A stretch of 64,000 bases of DNA from an uncultured Pelagibacteraceae bacterium (GCA_902612065.1 CACMBY010000007.1:5951-69950), one strand, 5' to 3'; counted from the first letter of the stretch, positions 31,647 to 42,199 are shown. Notes: a model not told the origin generated them from the letters alone. Numbers and translations are program-made.

Positions 31647-32789
31647 ATGGAATATTTCATCATTCTACTTATAGTTGTTATAATTTATCTCCTCTATTTA
31701 CTTAATCAAAAAAAAAACAAATCAATAAATACTGCTACAATAATTAATAAAAGAGAGGAAAAAACCAAAAGAGTAATTATTGATGAACTTGAGGATCAGT
31801 TTTTTGCATTAAATAAATTTAACATAATTAAATATGCTAATCCAAGTGCATTAAAAAGATTTGGAAGTAATTTAATTGATAAAAACATATCCTCTGTAAT
31901 TCGAAAACCAGAATTAATAGATAATATTGAAAAAGCTATTGTTGAAAATAAAACAAAAAATATTGACATTGAAATAGACCTCCCATCATATCAATTTTAT
32001 AAAATTTATATTATTCCTGGTCCAACTCATTTATTTACTGAACCAGATTCTGTTGTGTTATTTTTAAAAGATTTTACTGAAATTACAAAAGCACAAAAAT
32101 TTAAAACTGATTTTGTCGCTAATGTAAGCCATGAATTAAGAACACCTTTAATGGCAATAAAAGGATCATTAGAAACTATCGAAGGCCCAGCATCTGATGA
32201 CGAAAAGGCTAAAAAAAAATTTATGAAAATTTTATCAGAACAATCATCAAGGATGGAAAGTTTAATTAATGATCTATTAATTCTTACACGAATTGAACTT
32301 GATGAACATATAAGACCTACTTCAATAGTAAATATTAATGAACTCTTCGAGACTATTATAAGTAATTTTGAAATTGTTTTAAAAAAGAAAAATATAACTG
32401 TTAAAAATCAATTTACAGATACATCAAATGTTGTAGGTGATGAAAAAAGATTAAATACAGTTTTTTCTAATCTTTTAGATAATTCAATAAAATATTCTCC
32501 GGAAAATAAAAATATATATATTTCTAAAAATGAAAATAGTAACAAACTATTAGAAAAGAATATAATGATTAGTATTAAAGATGAAGGTTATGGCATTCCC
32601 CATGATCACATTTCACGTGTTACAGAAAGATTTTACAGGGTTGACATAGAACAAAGTAAAAAAGTTGGTGGAACTGGTTTAGGATTAGCTATTGTTAAAC
32701 ACATAATTACCCAACACAGAGGTGATTTTGAGATTCTTTCAGAGGTTGGTAAAGGTACTGAAATTAGAATATATTTGCCCTCGAAATAA
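31647..32789 (+). CDS. phoR: Phosphate regulon sensor kinase PhoR
   Basis: TM + PAS, DFVANVSHELRTPL, ERFYRVD, GTGLGLAIVKH. Confidence 0.92.
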   Translation: MEYFIILLIVVIIYLLYLLNQKKNKSINTATIINKREEKTKRVIIDELEDQFFALNKFNIIKYANPSALKRFGSNLIDKNISSVIRKPELIDNIEKAIVENKTKNIDIEIDLPSYQFYKIYIIPGPTHLFTEPDSVVLFLKDFTEITKAQKFKTDFVANVSHELRTPLMAIKGSLETIEGPASDDEKAKKKFMKILSEQSSRMESLINDLLILTRIELDEHIRPTSIVNINELFETIISNFEIVLKKKNITVKNQFTDTSNVVGDEKRLNTVFSNLLDNSIKYSPENKNIYISKNENSNKLLEKNIMISIKDEGYGIPHDHISRVTERFYRVDIEQSKKVGGTGLGLAIVKHIITQHRGDFEILSEVGKGTEIRIYLPSK

Positions 32790-32821
32790 AAATTTAAAAA
32801 AACTTCATTTTACAACCCTTA

Positions 32822-32849
32822 TTTGAGAAAACTTTAACATTTCTTTGAT
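32822..32849 (+). promoter_or_regulatory. Degenerate Pho-box-like array upstream of the exported hypothetical
   Basis: TTTGAG(32822)/TTTAAC(32833)/TTTGAT(32844) at 11-bp period; TAGATT at 32861. Confidence 0.4.
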
Positions 32850-32883
32850 TGATTCGTGTGTAGATTTTATTTAAATTTTTACA

Positions 32884-33492
32884 ATGATTAAAATACTCAA
32901 AAATATTTCAATATTTTTTTATTTAATCTTGTTTTTCACAACTAGTGTATATTCAAAAGACCTTTCTACTCTTTTACGTACTCAGCAATTAACAGTTTTT
33001 GACATAGGTATTTTTAGATTAGAAGAGGACTTAAAGAGTTCTTATCCTGCTGTAAAGAAACATAAAGATGTGCCTTATGAAGATATATATATGGATGTTG
33101 TCAGTTCCTATTGGAGAAATACAGTAGATTTAATTGTTTCAATCCCAGTAAATGAAAATTTAAAAAAAGAGAATTATATGTCAGACTCATTTAGATGTAG
33201 AAATATATTTAATTCAGTAAGAGATCATTTGTTGAGAAACGAAAATTTAAGTAATTATAGGTTTACTATGGCAACTAGTTATTTAACATCTGTTTTTTCT
33301 ACACCAAGCACATGGCCAAGGTGGCGATACGATCAAAGCGTCTTAGAAGAATTAGTTAATTTAGTGAAACTTGAAATTATTTTGAGACCTACAACTGAAC
33401 TTGCTTTTAAAGATAAAGTTAACCCTGTTTCTTGTAAAGGTGGTTTAGAAACAGAAAATGAAGAGATTATAGTCTCAATGAAATACAACTAA
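32884..33492 (+). CDS. Hypothetical exported protein
   Basis: 202-aa ORF with basic N-terminus, hydrophobic stretch and VYS-K cleavage-like site; no family recognised. Confidence 0.75.
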   Translation: MIKILKNISIFFYLILFFTTSVYSKDLSTLLRTQQLTVFDIGIFRLEEDLKSSYPAVKKHKDVPYEDIYMDVVSSYWRNTVDLIVSIPVNENLKKENYMSDSFRCRNIFNSVRDHLLRNENLSNYRFTMATSYLTSVFSTPSTWPRWRYDQSVLEELVNLVKLEIILRPTTELAFKDKVNPVSCKGGLETENEEIIVSMKYN

Positions 33493-33503
33493 AAAGTTAT
33501 CTT

Positions 33504-33531
33504 TTTAACAAAAGTGTAACAATTCTGTAAT
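33504..33531 (+). promoter_or_regulatory. Pho box array upstream of pstS
   Basis: TTTAAC(33504)/TGTAAC(33515)/TGTAAT(33526) at 11-bp period. Confidence 0.8.
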
Positions 33532-33601
33532 ATTAAAGATTCAATTAATTTATACGAGTCTCTCATCTTTATATTAATTAATAACGAAAGGATTAAAGAT
33601 A

Positions 33602-34633
33602 ATGAAAAAACTAACTATAGTGATCGCTTCTCTAGTTGCTTTATCAATAGCAACTGTTGCTCAAGCAAGAGATCAAATTAAGATAGTTGGTTCTTCTACA
33701 GTATTCCCTTACGCAACAGTTGTTGCTGAAAGATTTGGTGGTTCAGGATTTAAAACTCCTGTAATCGAGTCTACTGGTACTGGTGGTGGAGCTAAACTAT
33801 TCTGTGCTGGTGTAGGTGAACAACATCCGGATATTACAAATGCATCAAGAGCTATGAAAGATAAAGAAAAAGCTCTATGTAAGAAAAATGGTGTTAATGA
33901 TATCGTTGAGATCGTAATTGGTAACGATGGTATTACATTAGCTTACAGCAAAGATGCAAAACCAGTAAACTTTACTAAAGAACAATTATATTTAGCACTT
34001 GCTGCTCATACAGTTGTTGATGGTAAATTAGTTCCAAATATTTATAAAACTTGGGACCAAATTGACCCTAGCTTACCAAAACAAAAAATTTCAGTGATGA
34101 TCCCACCAGGAACATCAGGAACTAGAGATGCTTGGAATTCTTTAGTAATGAAAAAAGGTATGACTAAAGAAGCTAAAGCTCTTTATAAAGCTGGTTTTGA
34201 AGCTGGAAATAAAAAATACAAAAAACCTCAAAAACTTTACAGAGAAGATGGTGCTGCTATTGAAGTTGGAGAAAACGATAGTTTAATCATCCAAAAGTTA
34301 ACTCAAGATAAAGAAATGTTTGGTTTCTTTGGTTTCAGTTATTTCTTAGCTGCAAAAGATAAATTGCAAGCAGCAAGTATTGATGGTGGACAACCGTCAT
34401 TAAAGTCTATTCAAGACTACAGTTATGCTGTTGCTAGACCTTTATTCTTCTACGTGAAAAAAGCACACGTTGGAGTAATTCCAGGCTTACATGAGTTTGT
34501 GAAAGAATTCACAACTAAGAAAGCTATTGGAAAAGGGGGTTACTTAGCAGACATTGGTTTAGTGCCATTAGACTCTAAGTTGTATAAAACAACTAGAACT
34601 AATGCTACGAAGCTAGTTGCTATGGGTAATTAA
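33602..34633 (+). CDS. pstS: Phosphate ABC substrate-binding protein
   Basis: Signal peptide, GSSTV, ESTGTGGG, SGT, ARPLF. Confidence 0.93.
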   Translation: MKKLTIVIASLVALSIATVAQARDQIKIVGSSTVFPYATVVAERFGGSGFKTPVIESTGTGGGAKLFCAGVGEQHPDITNASRAMKDKEKALCKKNGVNDIVEIVIGNDGITLAYSKDAKPVNFTKEQLYLALAAHTVVDGKLVPNIYKTWDQIDPSLPKQKISVMIPPGTSGTRDAWNSLVMKKGMTKEAKALYKAGFEAGNKKYKKPQKLYREDGAAIEVGENDSLIIQKLTQDKEMFGFFGFSYFLAAKDKLQAASIDGGQPSLKSIQDYSYAVARPLFFYVKKAHVGVIPGLHEFVKEFTTKKAIGKGGYLADIGLVPLDSKLYKTTRTNATKLVAMGN

Positions 34634-34657
34634 TTATTCCTCAGTTAACAAATGATT

Positions 34658-34690
34658 AAAAAGGGGGTCTTTTTAGACCCCTTTTTTTTT
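34658..34690 (+). terminator. Intercistronic hairpin + U-tract after pstS
   Basis: GGGGTCT-TTTT-AGACCCC followed by a T run. Confidence 0.85.
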
Positions 34691-34725
34691 AAAAAAAGAG
34701 TAAAGTCCTCACTTAAGGAGATTCT

Positions 34726-36111
34726 GTGAACTTAATATTATTTACATTTATTGTTCTTCTAGGTTTCACAAGCTATTATTTTGGACGGAGAAAAGCATAT
34801 ACAATTCAATCTACAAAAAAAAGATTAACCGCATTACCACAATTTTATGGTTATTATCTTGCAATCTGGTGTGCAATACCAGCCTTTATAATTTTTTCAT
34901 TATGGGCAATTTTTGAGCCCACAATTGTAAAACTATTAATCTTAAGTGATTATTCAAATCAAGGTTATCTTGATGATGAATTAAATTTATTATACGAAAA
35001 ATCAAAAGCATTGTCTCGAGGGCAATTCACTGGAGAAATTACACCTTTTATTGAAGCTTCAGCTGAAAAATATTTAAGTCTTCGATCAATAGCTCAAAGT
35101 TCAAAAGTTGTTATAGTATTATCTGCAATTATTGCCTCTGTTGCTTATGCGTATAAAAGAATTTCATCTAATTCTAGAACAAGAGAACCAGTTGAAAAAT
35201 TTTTGAACGCAGTTTTATTTACAGCTTCTTTAGCTGCAATATTAACCACTGTTGGAATAGTTTTCTCACTTATATTTCAAACTATAGATTTTTTTAAAGT
35301 AATTCCATTATTTGATTTTGTCTTTGGAACTCACTGGTATCCAGCAAAAGCTTTTGTTAGAGATTCTTCTGAGGCTTTAGATCCGACAATGTATTCAGAT
35401 ACTTTTGGAGCAGTCCCTATTTTTGCAGGTACTTTTTTTATTGCATTTATTGCTATGTGCGTTGCTATCCCAATTGGATTAATGAGTGGAATTTATTTAG
35501 CTGAATATGCATCAACTAAAGTTAGACAATATGCAAAACCATTAATTGAAATTTTAGCTGGTATACCAACAGTTGTTTATGGTTTTTTTGCTGCCCTAAC
35601 TGTTGGACCATTTTTGAAAGAATTAGGAACTTCAATGGGTCTTGAAGTTTCAGCTGAAAGTGCTTTAGCAGCAGGAGGGGTAATGGGTATTATGATTATA
35701 CCATTTATTTCAAGTTTAAGTGACGATGTAATTACAAGTGTGCCTCAAAGTTTAAGAGATGGAAGTTACGCTATGGGAGCAACTAAATCAGAAACAATTA
35801 AGAGAGTTATTTTTCCCGCGGCATTGCCGGGGATAGTTGGATCTATTTTACTTGGTGTTTCAAGAGCTATTGGAGAAACAATGATAGTTGTTATGGCCTC
35901 TGGTTTAGCTGCTAATTTAACTTTAAATCCTTTAGAGTCTACTTCAACGATTACAGCTCAAATTGTAGTTATTCTAATTGGTGACCAAGCTTTTGGCGAC
36001 CCAAAAACGCAAGCTGCTTTTGCTTTAGGTATGTCATTATTTTTAGTAACACTTTGTTTAAATATTGTGGCCTTGAGAGTAGTTAAAAAATATAGAGAAA
36101 AATATGAATAA
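34726..36111 (+). CDS. pstC: Phosphate ABC permease PstC (GTG start)
   Basis: EILAGIPTVVYG, SRAIGETM. Confidence 0.93.
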   Translation: MNLILFTFIVLLGFTSYYFGRRKAYTIQSTKKRLTALPQFYGYYLAIWCAIPAFIIFSLWAIFEPTIVKLLILSDYSNQGYLDDELNLLYEKSKALSRGQFTGEITPFIEASAEKYLSLRSIAQSSKVVIVLSAIIASVAYAYKRISSNSRTREPVEKFLNAVLFTASLAAILTTVGIVFSLIFQTIDFFKVIPLFDFVFGTHWYPAKAFVRDSSEALDPTMYSDTFGAVPIFAGTFFIAFIAMCVAIPIGLMSGIYLAEYASTKVRQYAKPLIEILAGIPTVVYGFFAALTVGPFLKELGTSMGLEVSAESALAAGGVMGIMIIPFISSLSDDVITSVPQSLRDGSYAMGATKSETIKRVIFPAALPGIVGSILLGVSRAIGETMIVVMASGLAANLTLNPLESTSTITAQIVVILIGDQAFGDPKTQAAFALGMSLFLVTLCLNIVALRVVKKYREKYE

Positions 36112-37372
36112 AAATAAAGAACAATTATTAAATAAAAGATATAAAGCTGAACAGCGATTTCGCTTATACGGTCTGAGTGCAATTTTTATGGCACTTTTAT
36201 TTTTAACAATCTTTATTTTTAAAATTTTTTCAACTGGCTATTCAGCTTTTCAAAAAACATGGCTTATTGTTCCAGTAACTTTCGATGCTGAATTAATGAT
36301 GTTAGACCAAAATCCTTCTAAAGAAGATTTACAGGACGCTGATTATTACGATATAGCATTAAAATCAATGGCTGATTTAGATCCAAACGCCAATGAAGAT
36401 CAAGAAAATGAATTGAAGAGAATGGTTTCTTATTTTTTTGAAAAAGAAATTAAAAATGAACTTTTAAATGACCCTAATTTAATAGGAAAAACAAAGGAAG
36501 TTTATCTAACTGCTTCAGATGATTTAGACCAAGTCTTTAAAGGAAATTATCCAAGAGATTTACCTGAAGACCAAAGAAGAGTAAGCGATTATCAATTAAA
36601 AATTTTTGATCAACTTGTTGCAAATGGTAAGGTTGAAAGTAAATTTAATATAAGTTTTTTTACAAATGCTGACTCAAGAGAAGCTGAGCTAGCTGGAATA
36701 GCAAGCTCATTTATGGGCTCAATTTTTTCTATACTTGTTTGTTTAATGATAGCTTTTCCTGTTGCGGTTCTAGCTGCAATCTATCTTGAAGAATTTGCCC
36801 CTAAAAATAGATTTACTGATTTTATTGAAGTTAATATAAACAACTTAGCAGCGGTTCCATCTATAGTTTTTGGTCTATTAGGGTTAGGAGTTTTATTGGC
36901 TATATTTCAATTACCAAGGTCTACCCCATTAGTTGGAGGTATCACTTTGTCCTTAATGACCTTACCAACAATAATTATAGCTGCTAGAGCATCTTTAAAA
37001 GCAGTTCCACCAAGTATAAGAGAGGCAGCACTTGCTATGGGAGCAAGTCGAATGCAAACCACAATGCATCATACAGTTCCTCTTTCTATGCCTGGCACGT
37101 TATCAGGAACAATAATTGGTTTAGCTCAAGCTTTAGGAGAAACTGCACCCTTAATTTTAATTGGAATGGTTGCTTTTGTTAACACGATACCTGGATCACC
37201 CATGGATCCTGCTGCAAGCTTACCAGTTCAAATTTATATTTGGGCTGAAAGTGCTGAAAGGGGATTTGTAGAAAAAGTTTCGGCATGTATAATGGTCTTA
37301 CTTGGCTTTTTAATAATAATGAATTTATTTGCCCAAATAATAAGACATAAGTTTGAGAAAAAATGGAGTTAA
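36104..37372 (+). CDS. pstA: Phosphate ABC permease PstA
   Basis: [27 protein letters not shown]. Confidence 0.93.
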   Translation: MNKNKEQLLNKRYKAEQRFRLYGLSAIFMALLFLTIFIFKIFSTGYSAFQKTWLIVPVTFDAELMMLDQNPSKEDLQDADYYDIALKSMADLDPNANEDQENELKRMVSYFFEKEIKNELLNDPNLIGKTKEVYLTASDDLDQVFKGNYPRDLPEDQRRVSDYQLKIFDQLVANGKVESKFNISFFTNADSREAELAGIASSFMGSIFSILVCLMIAFPVAVLAAIYLEEFAPKNRFTDFIEVNINNLAAVPSIVFGLLGLGVLLAIFQLPRSTPLVGGITLSLMTLPTIIIAARASLKAVPPSIREAALAMGASRMQTTMHHTVPLSMPGTLSGTIIGLAQALGETAPLILIGMVAFVNTIPGSPMDPAASLPVQIYIWAESAERGFVEKVSACIMVLLGFLIIMNLFAQIIRHKFEKKWS

Positions 37373-37373
37373 A

Positions 37374-38129
37374 ATGATAAAGATTAAAGCAAAAGATGTT
37401 GATGTTTTTTATGGAAAAAAACAAGCGCTCTTTAATATAAGTTTAGATATTGAGGAAAATCAAGTAACGGCATTAATTGGTCCATCTGGTTGTGGTAAAT
37501 CAACTTTCCTAAGATGTCTTAATAGAATGAATGATGTAATTGATATCTGTAGTGTTAAAGGAGAAATTTTAATTAATGATTTTAATATCAATGATAAAAG
37601 TTGTGATGTCGTAAGACTAAGAGAAAAAATTGGTATGGTTTTTCAAAAACCCAATCCTTTCCCAAAAACTTTATATGAAAATGTATCTTACGGTCCAACA
37701 ATTCATGGTATGGCTCAATCAAAACAAGAAATGGATGAAATTGTTGAAACTAGTTTGAAAAAGGCTGCACTATGGGAAGAGGTAAAAGATAGGTTGCATG
37801 AACCTGGAACTGGATTATCTGGAGGACAACAGCAAAGACTTTGTATTGCTAGAGCGATTTCTGTAAGACCTGAAGTCATATTAATGGATGAACCTTGTTC
37901 AGCATTAGATCCAATAGCAACAGCACAAATTGAAGAATTGATTGATGAGTTAAAAAAAGAGCACACAATAATAATTGTAACTCATTCTATGGCTCAAGCA
38001 GCACGTGTTTCTCAAAATACAGGTTTTTTTCATTTAGGACAATTGATTGAACATGGATCTACTGATAAAATATTTAAGAATCCTGATAATAAAAAAACGC
38101 AAGATTATATAACAGGGAGGTTTGGATAA
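37374..38129 (+). CDS. pstB: Phosphate ABC ATPase PstB
   Basis: [23 protein letters not shown]; ATG 37374 behind a GGAG SD is preferred over 37353. Confidence 0.95.
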   Translation: MIKIKAKDVDVFYGKKQALFNISLDIEENQVTALIGPSGCGKSTFLRCLNRMNDVIDICSVKGEILINDFNINDKSCDVVRLREKIGMVFQKPNPFPKTLYENVSYGPTIHGMAQSKQEMDEIVETSLKKAALWEEVKDRLHEPGTGLSGGQQQRLCIARAISVRPEVILMDEPCSALDPIATAQIEELIDELKKEHTIIIVTHSMAQAARVSQNTGFFHLGQLIEHGSTDKIFKNPDNKKTQDYITGRFG

Positions 38130-38836
38130 TGTCTGAAGCACCACATACAGTCAAATCTTACGAAGAAGAACTAAAAAATCTTAATGCTAATATAATTAAA
38201 ATGGGAAGTGCATGTGAAGATGCTTTAGGTAAAGCAATTCAAGCCATTATAACAAGAAATAGCGATATTGCAGAAAATGTAATTCAAGATGATGAAAAAA
38301 TAGATAAATATGAAGCCTTGATTGAACAACAAGTTGTAAATTTAATTGCTTTAAGACAACCCATGGCAATAGATTTAAGAGAGACAGTAACGGCTTTGAA
38401 AATGTCTTCAGATTTAGAAAGAATAGGTGATTTAGCAAAAAATATATCCAAGAGAACACTTTTGCTTAACGAAAATCTTCCAAAGAACTTGGTAGACTCA
38501 TTGAATAGAGTATCTACCAATGTTCAAAAACAATTAAAATCAACATTAGATGCTTATCTAGAAAGATCTGCGCCAATGGCAGTAAATGTTTGGGAAGGTG
38601 ATGAGCAAATAGATGATCTAACAAATCTTTGTATGCAAGAAGTTATAAAATATCTTAAAGAAAATGAAAAAAATTTAGAAGATGGAACCCATTTATTGTT
38701 TGTAACTAAAAACATAGAGCGTATTGGTGATCATACTACAAATGTTGCAGAACAAGTTTATTATTTAGTTAAAGGCGAATATTTAAAAGGTGATAGACCC
38801 AAGGGAACAGAGCCAATTGTAACCGGAGAAAAATGA
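38129..38836 (+). CDS. phoU: Phosphate signalling protein PhoU
   Basis: QPMAIDLR and two ERIGD repeats. Confidence 0.95.
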   Translation: MSEAPHTVKSYEEELKNLNANIIKMGSACEDALGKAIQAIITRNSDIAENVIQDDEKIDKYEALIEQQVVNLIALRQPMAIDLRETVTALKMSSDLERIGDLAKNISKRTLLLNENLPKNLVDSLNRVSTNVQKQLKSTLDAYLERSAPMAVNVWEGDEQIDDLTNLCMQEVIKYLKENEKNLEDGTHLLFVTKNIERIGDHTTNVAEQVYYLVKGEYLKGDRPKGTEPIVTGEK

Positions 38837-38839
38837 TTT

Positions 38840-39523
38840 ATGTCAGCTCATGTTTTCATAGCTGAAGATGAAGCATCAATTGTTAGTTTGTTAAAGTACA
38901 ATCTTGAAAAAGAAGGTTATAAAGTCAGTCATTCAGAAAATGGAGAAGATGCTCTTAAACAAATAAAATTAAAACAGCCAGATTTAATATTAATGGATTG
39001 GATGTTACCAGAATTATCTGGTGTTGAAATTTGTAAAAACTTAAAAAAAGGTAATAAGTTTAATGATATTCCTGTCATTATGTTAACTGCAAAAGGGGAG
39101 GAAGAAGACAAATTAAAAGCATTTGATACAGGTGCAGATGATTATGTAACTAAACCTTTTAGTCAAAAAGAATTGAATGCTAGAATTAAATCTTTATTGA
39201 GAAGATCTAAACCTCAATCATCATCAGACATTGTAGAATTTACTGATTTAAAAATAGATCGGATTACAAAAAGAGTTTATAGAAAAGATAAAGAAATTAC
39301 TTTGGGTCCAACTGAATTTAAACTCTTAGATTTTTTTATCAAAAATCCAAAAAGAGTTTATTCAAGAGAACAACTCTTAAACAATGTTTGGGGAGAAAAT
39401 ATATATGTTGAGTCTAGAACAGTTGATGTTCATATTAGAAGATTAAGACAAGCAATTAACATACAAAATACAAAACCTTTAATTAGAACAGTAAGATCAG
39501 CTGGTTATTCTTTAGAATCTTGA
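38840..39523 (+). CDS. phoB: Phosphate regulon response regulator PhoB
   Basis: DWMLP, GADDYVTKPFS, LGPTEFKLL, RTVDVHIRRLR. Confidence 0.95.
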   Translation: MSAHVFIAEDEASIVSLLKYNLEKEGYKVSHSENGEDALKQIKLKQPDLILMDWMLPELSGVEICKNLKKGNKFNDIPVIMLTAKGEEEDKLKAFDTGADDYVTKPFSQKELNARIKSLLRRSKPQSSSDIVEFTDLKIDRITKRVYRKDKEITLGPTEFKLLDFFIKNPKRVYSREQLLNNVWGENIYVESRTVDVHIRRLRQAINIQNTKPLIRTVRSAGYSLES

Positions 39524-40029
39524 AGATCTTTGGGTCTTATAAATTTTTTTAATACTCCCTTTTTCTCAACTTCATTCCAGGATTTAATATCAAACTCAAT
39601 TTTTGCAAATGCTGCTGTTGGGAATTTATAATTCATTAGTTTAAAATTATTCGTATTATGATTTTTTGTAAGATTTCGTACTAAATTTTTCACTGATGGT
39701 TCATGGTTTATAATCAAAATTGATTTATATTCACTGGATATTTCTTTAATTTTTTTTACAATGGCATTCTCATCAACTAAATATAAATCTTTTGAAAAAT
39801 TAACTTTTTTTGGCTTATTTATTTTCTTGGATAAAATTTGAAAAGTTTTTTTTGTTCTTTTTGATGATGAAATTAATGCATAATCAAATTCAAATTTTTT
39901 TTTAACAAAAAATTCACAAATCATTTTTGCATTTTTCTTGCCTCTTTTACTAAGTGGTCTATCAAAATCATTAATACTTAAATCATCCCAACTAGATTTT
40001 GCGTGTCTCATGACGTATAATTGATACAT
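39505..40029 (-). CDS. sixA: SixA phosphohistidine phosphatase
   Basis: MRHAKSSW, DFDRPL, INHEP, FPTA; true start likely 40029 (MYQLY). Confidence 0.88.
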   Translation of the reverse strand: MYQLYVMRHAKSSWDDLSINDFDRPLSKRGKKNAKMICEFFVKKKFEFDYALISSSKRTKKTFQILSKKINKPKKVNFSKDLYLVDENAIVKKIKEISSEYKSILIINHEPSVKNLVRNLTKNHNTNNFKLMNYKFPTAAFAKIEFDIKSWNEVEKKGVLKKFIRPKDLQDSKE

Positions 40030-40042
40030 AAAATCTAAATAT

Positions 40043-42199
40043 ATGACTGCTTTAAAAAAACAACATAAAGAAGAGTTGAAATCTAAATATATAAATAGAG
40101 AGCTTTCTTGGTTAAAATTCAACGATAGAGTACTTTTAGAGGCGCAAAATATCGAAAATCCTCTTTATGAAAGAGTAAAGTTTTTATCAATTGCTGGGTC
40201 TAATCTAGATGAATTTTTTATGGTCCGTGTAGCTGGGTTATATAGTCAAATAAAACAAGAAGTTGACTCACTAAGCTCTGATGGTTTGACACCTGAAGAG
40301 CAAATGGATGAGGTAGTGCTTGAAACTAAGAATCTATTAAAAAAACAGAACAAAATTTTTATTCAACTGATTATGGAATTAAAAAAAAATAATATCAATT
40401 TAGTTAAACCAGTTAATTTAAATACTAAGGATAAAAAAAAACTTTTAGAAATATTTAAAGAAGAGATTTACCCTTTATTAACACCATCAGCAATTGATCC
40501 TGCACACCCATTTCCATTTATAATCAATCAAGGAAGAGCAATCGTAATGAAGTTAAGAAAAAAAAATAAAAAAAGGATTTTAAACTCAATAATTGTAATA
40601 CCAAAAGCATTATCTAGATTTATTGAAATTGAGTCTTCAAAAAATCATAAGAAATTTGTTATTCTAGATGACGTAATAAGTTTTTTTGCTAATGAAATTT
40701 TTCCAGATCATGATTTAGAAAAGAAAATGATTTTTAGAGTAATAAGAGACAGCGATGTAGAGATTCAAGAGGAAGCAGAAGATTTAGTTAGATCTTTTGA
40801 ATTGGCTTTAAAAAGACGTAGAACGGGTGATATTGTTCGTTTAGAGGTTCTTGAAAATAGTGATAACGAATTGGTAAGATTTATAATTAATAAATTAGAT
40901 ATAAATCCTGACTATATTTATGATGTATCTGGCCTTGTTGGAATTCAAGATATAGATCAAATATGTAAAGTAAAAAATCCAAAACTAAGATTTAAGCATT
41001 TTACGCCTAGAGAAGTTGAAAGATTAAAAGAATATAATGATAATTTTTTTGAAACTATTAAAAAGAAAGATTTAGTTGTTCATCATCCTTTTGAAACATT
41101 TGACTCAGTAATTGAATTTTTAAATCAAGCAGCAAATGATAAAAAAGTTATAGCTATAAAACAAACTCTATATAGAACAACTCTAGACTCACCTATTGTT
41201 AAAGCTTTAATAACAGCTGCAGAGAATGGAAAAACAGTTACCGCTCTAATTGAAATTAAAGCTAGATTTGATGAGGAAGCTAATATTCAACTATCAAGAA
41301 GTTTAGAAAAAGTAGGTGTTCAAATTGTTTATGGTTTTGCTAAATATAAAACTCATGCAAAATCATCATTAGTTTTAAGAAGAGAACAGGGTAAAATACA
41401 AACTTATTTTCATTTAGGAACTGGCAATTATCATCCAGTAAATGCTAAAATTTATACTGATTTGTCTTTATTTAGTTGTGATAAGATAATGGCATCAGAT
41501 GTTGAAAAGTTTTTCAATTATGTAACAGGATACGCAAAACCAAAAAATTTAAATAAAATTTCTATTTCGCCAGTAAATATGAGGCAAACCTTAAATGAAA
41601 ATATTGATGCTGAAATTAAAAATTCTAAAAATGGAAAATTTGCAGCTATTTGGGCAAAAATGAACTCTTTAGTAGATCCAGAAATTATTGATAAATTTTA
41701 TGAAGCTTCGAATGCTGGTGTAAAAATTCATTTATTTGTAAGGGGTGTTTGTTGTTTAAGACCAGGAGTTAAAAATAGATCAGAAAACATAGTTGTAAAA
41801 AGTATCATAGGAAGATTTTTAGAGCATTCTAGAATTTATTGTTTTAGTAATGGTACTAAAAAAATGCCTAGTAGAAATGCAAAAGTATATATTTCGTCAG
41901 CTGATTTAATGCCGAGAAATTTAAATCGAAGGGTAGAACTTCTAGTCCCAATTGAAAATGAGACTGTTCATGAACAGATCTTAGATCAAATAATGTTGGC
42001 AAATTATCTTGATACTAATCAGAGCTGGGAACTTGAAGCTGATGGTAATTATAAAAAAATTAAATATAGTAAGAGCGATTCCTTTTCAGCTCATGAATAT
42101 TTTATGAATAATCCGAGCTTATCTGGAAGGGGTAAAGCTAAATTAAAAATGCAGCCTAAACAACTGCACTTAAGATTGATAAAAAGTGGAAGTAATTAA
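40043..42199 (+). CDS. ppk1: Polyphosphate kinase 1
   Basis: NRELSWL.FN.RVL, KTHAK, GTGNY, GRFLEHSR, SADLMPRN. Confidence 0.96.
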   Translation: MTALKKQHKEELKSKYINRELSWLKFNDRVLLEAQNIENPLYERVKFLSIAGSNLDEFFMVRVAGLYSQIKQEVDSLSSDGLTPEEQMDEVVLETKNLLKKQNKIFIQLIMELKKNNINLVKPVNLNTKDKKKLLEIFKEEIYPLLTPSAIDPAHPFPFIINQGRAIVMKLRKKNKKRILNSIIVIPKALSRFIEIESSKNHKKFVILDDVISFFANEIFPDHDLEKKMIFRVIRDSDVEIQEEAEDLVRSFELALKRRRTGDIVRLEVLENSDNELVRFIINKLDINPDYIYDVSGLVGIQDIDQICKVKNPKLRFKHFTPREVERLKEYNDNFFETIKKKDLVVHHPFETFDSVIEFLNQAANDKKVIAIKQTLYRTTLDSPIVKALITAAENGKTVTALIEIKARFDEEANIQLSRSLEKVGVQIVYGFAKYKTHAKSSLVLRREQGKIQTYFHLGTGNYHPVNAKIYTDLSLFSCDKIMASDVEKFFNYVTGYAKPKNLNKISISPVNMRQTLNENIDAEIKNSKNGKFAAIWAKMNSLVDPEIIDKFYEASNAGVKIHLFVRGVCCLRPGVKNRSENIVVKSIIGRFLEHSRIYCFSNGTKKMPSRNAKVYISSADLMPRNLNRRVELLVPIENETVHEQILDQIMLANYLDTNQSWELEADGNYKKIKYSKSDSFSAHEYFMNNPSLSGRGKAKLKMQPKQLHLRLIKSGSN

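Noticed and set aside
39901-39917. Pho-like pair TTTAAC/ATTCAC inside sixA, pointing at ppk1
   Set aside because: Within coding sequence, only two repeats and no -10 at the expected distance; plausible by chance in AT-rich DNA.
40030-40122. Extended N-termini in the ORF track for sixA (also cinA 10135, pstB 37353, xth 53279)
   Set aside because: The extensions overlap neighbouring genes; family motifs begin at the downstream ATGs used above.
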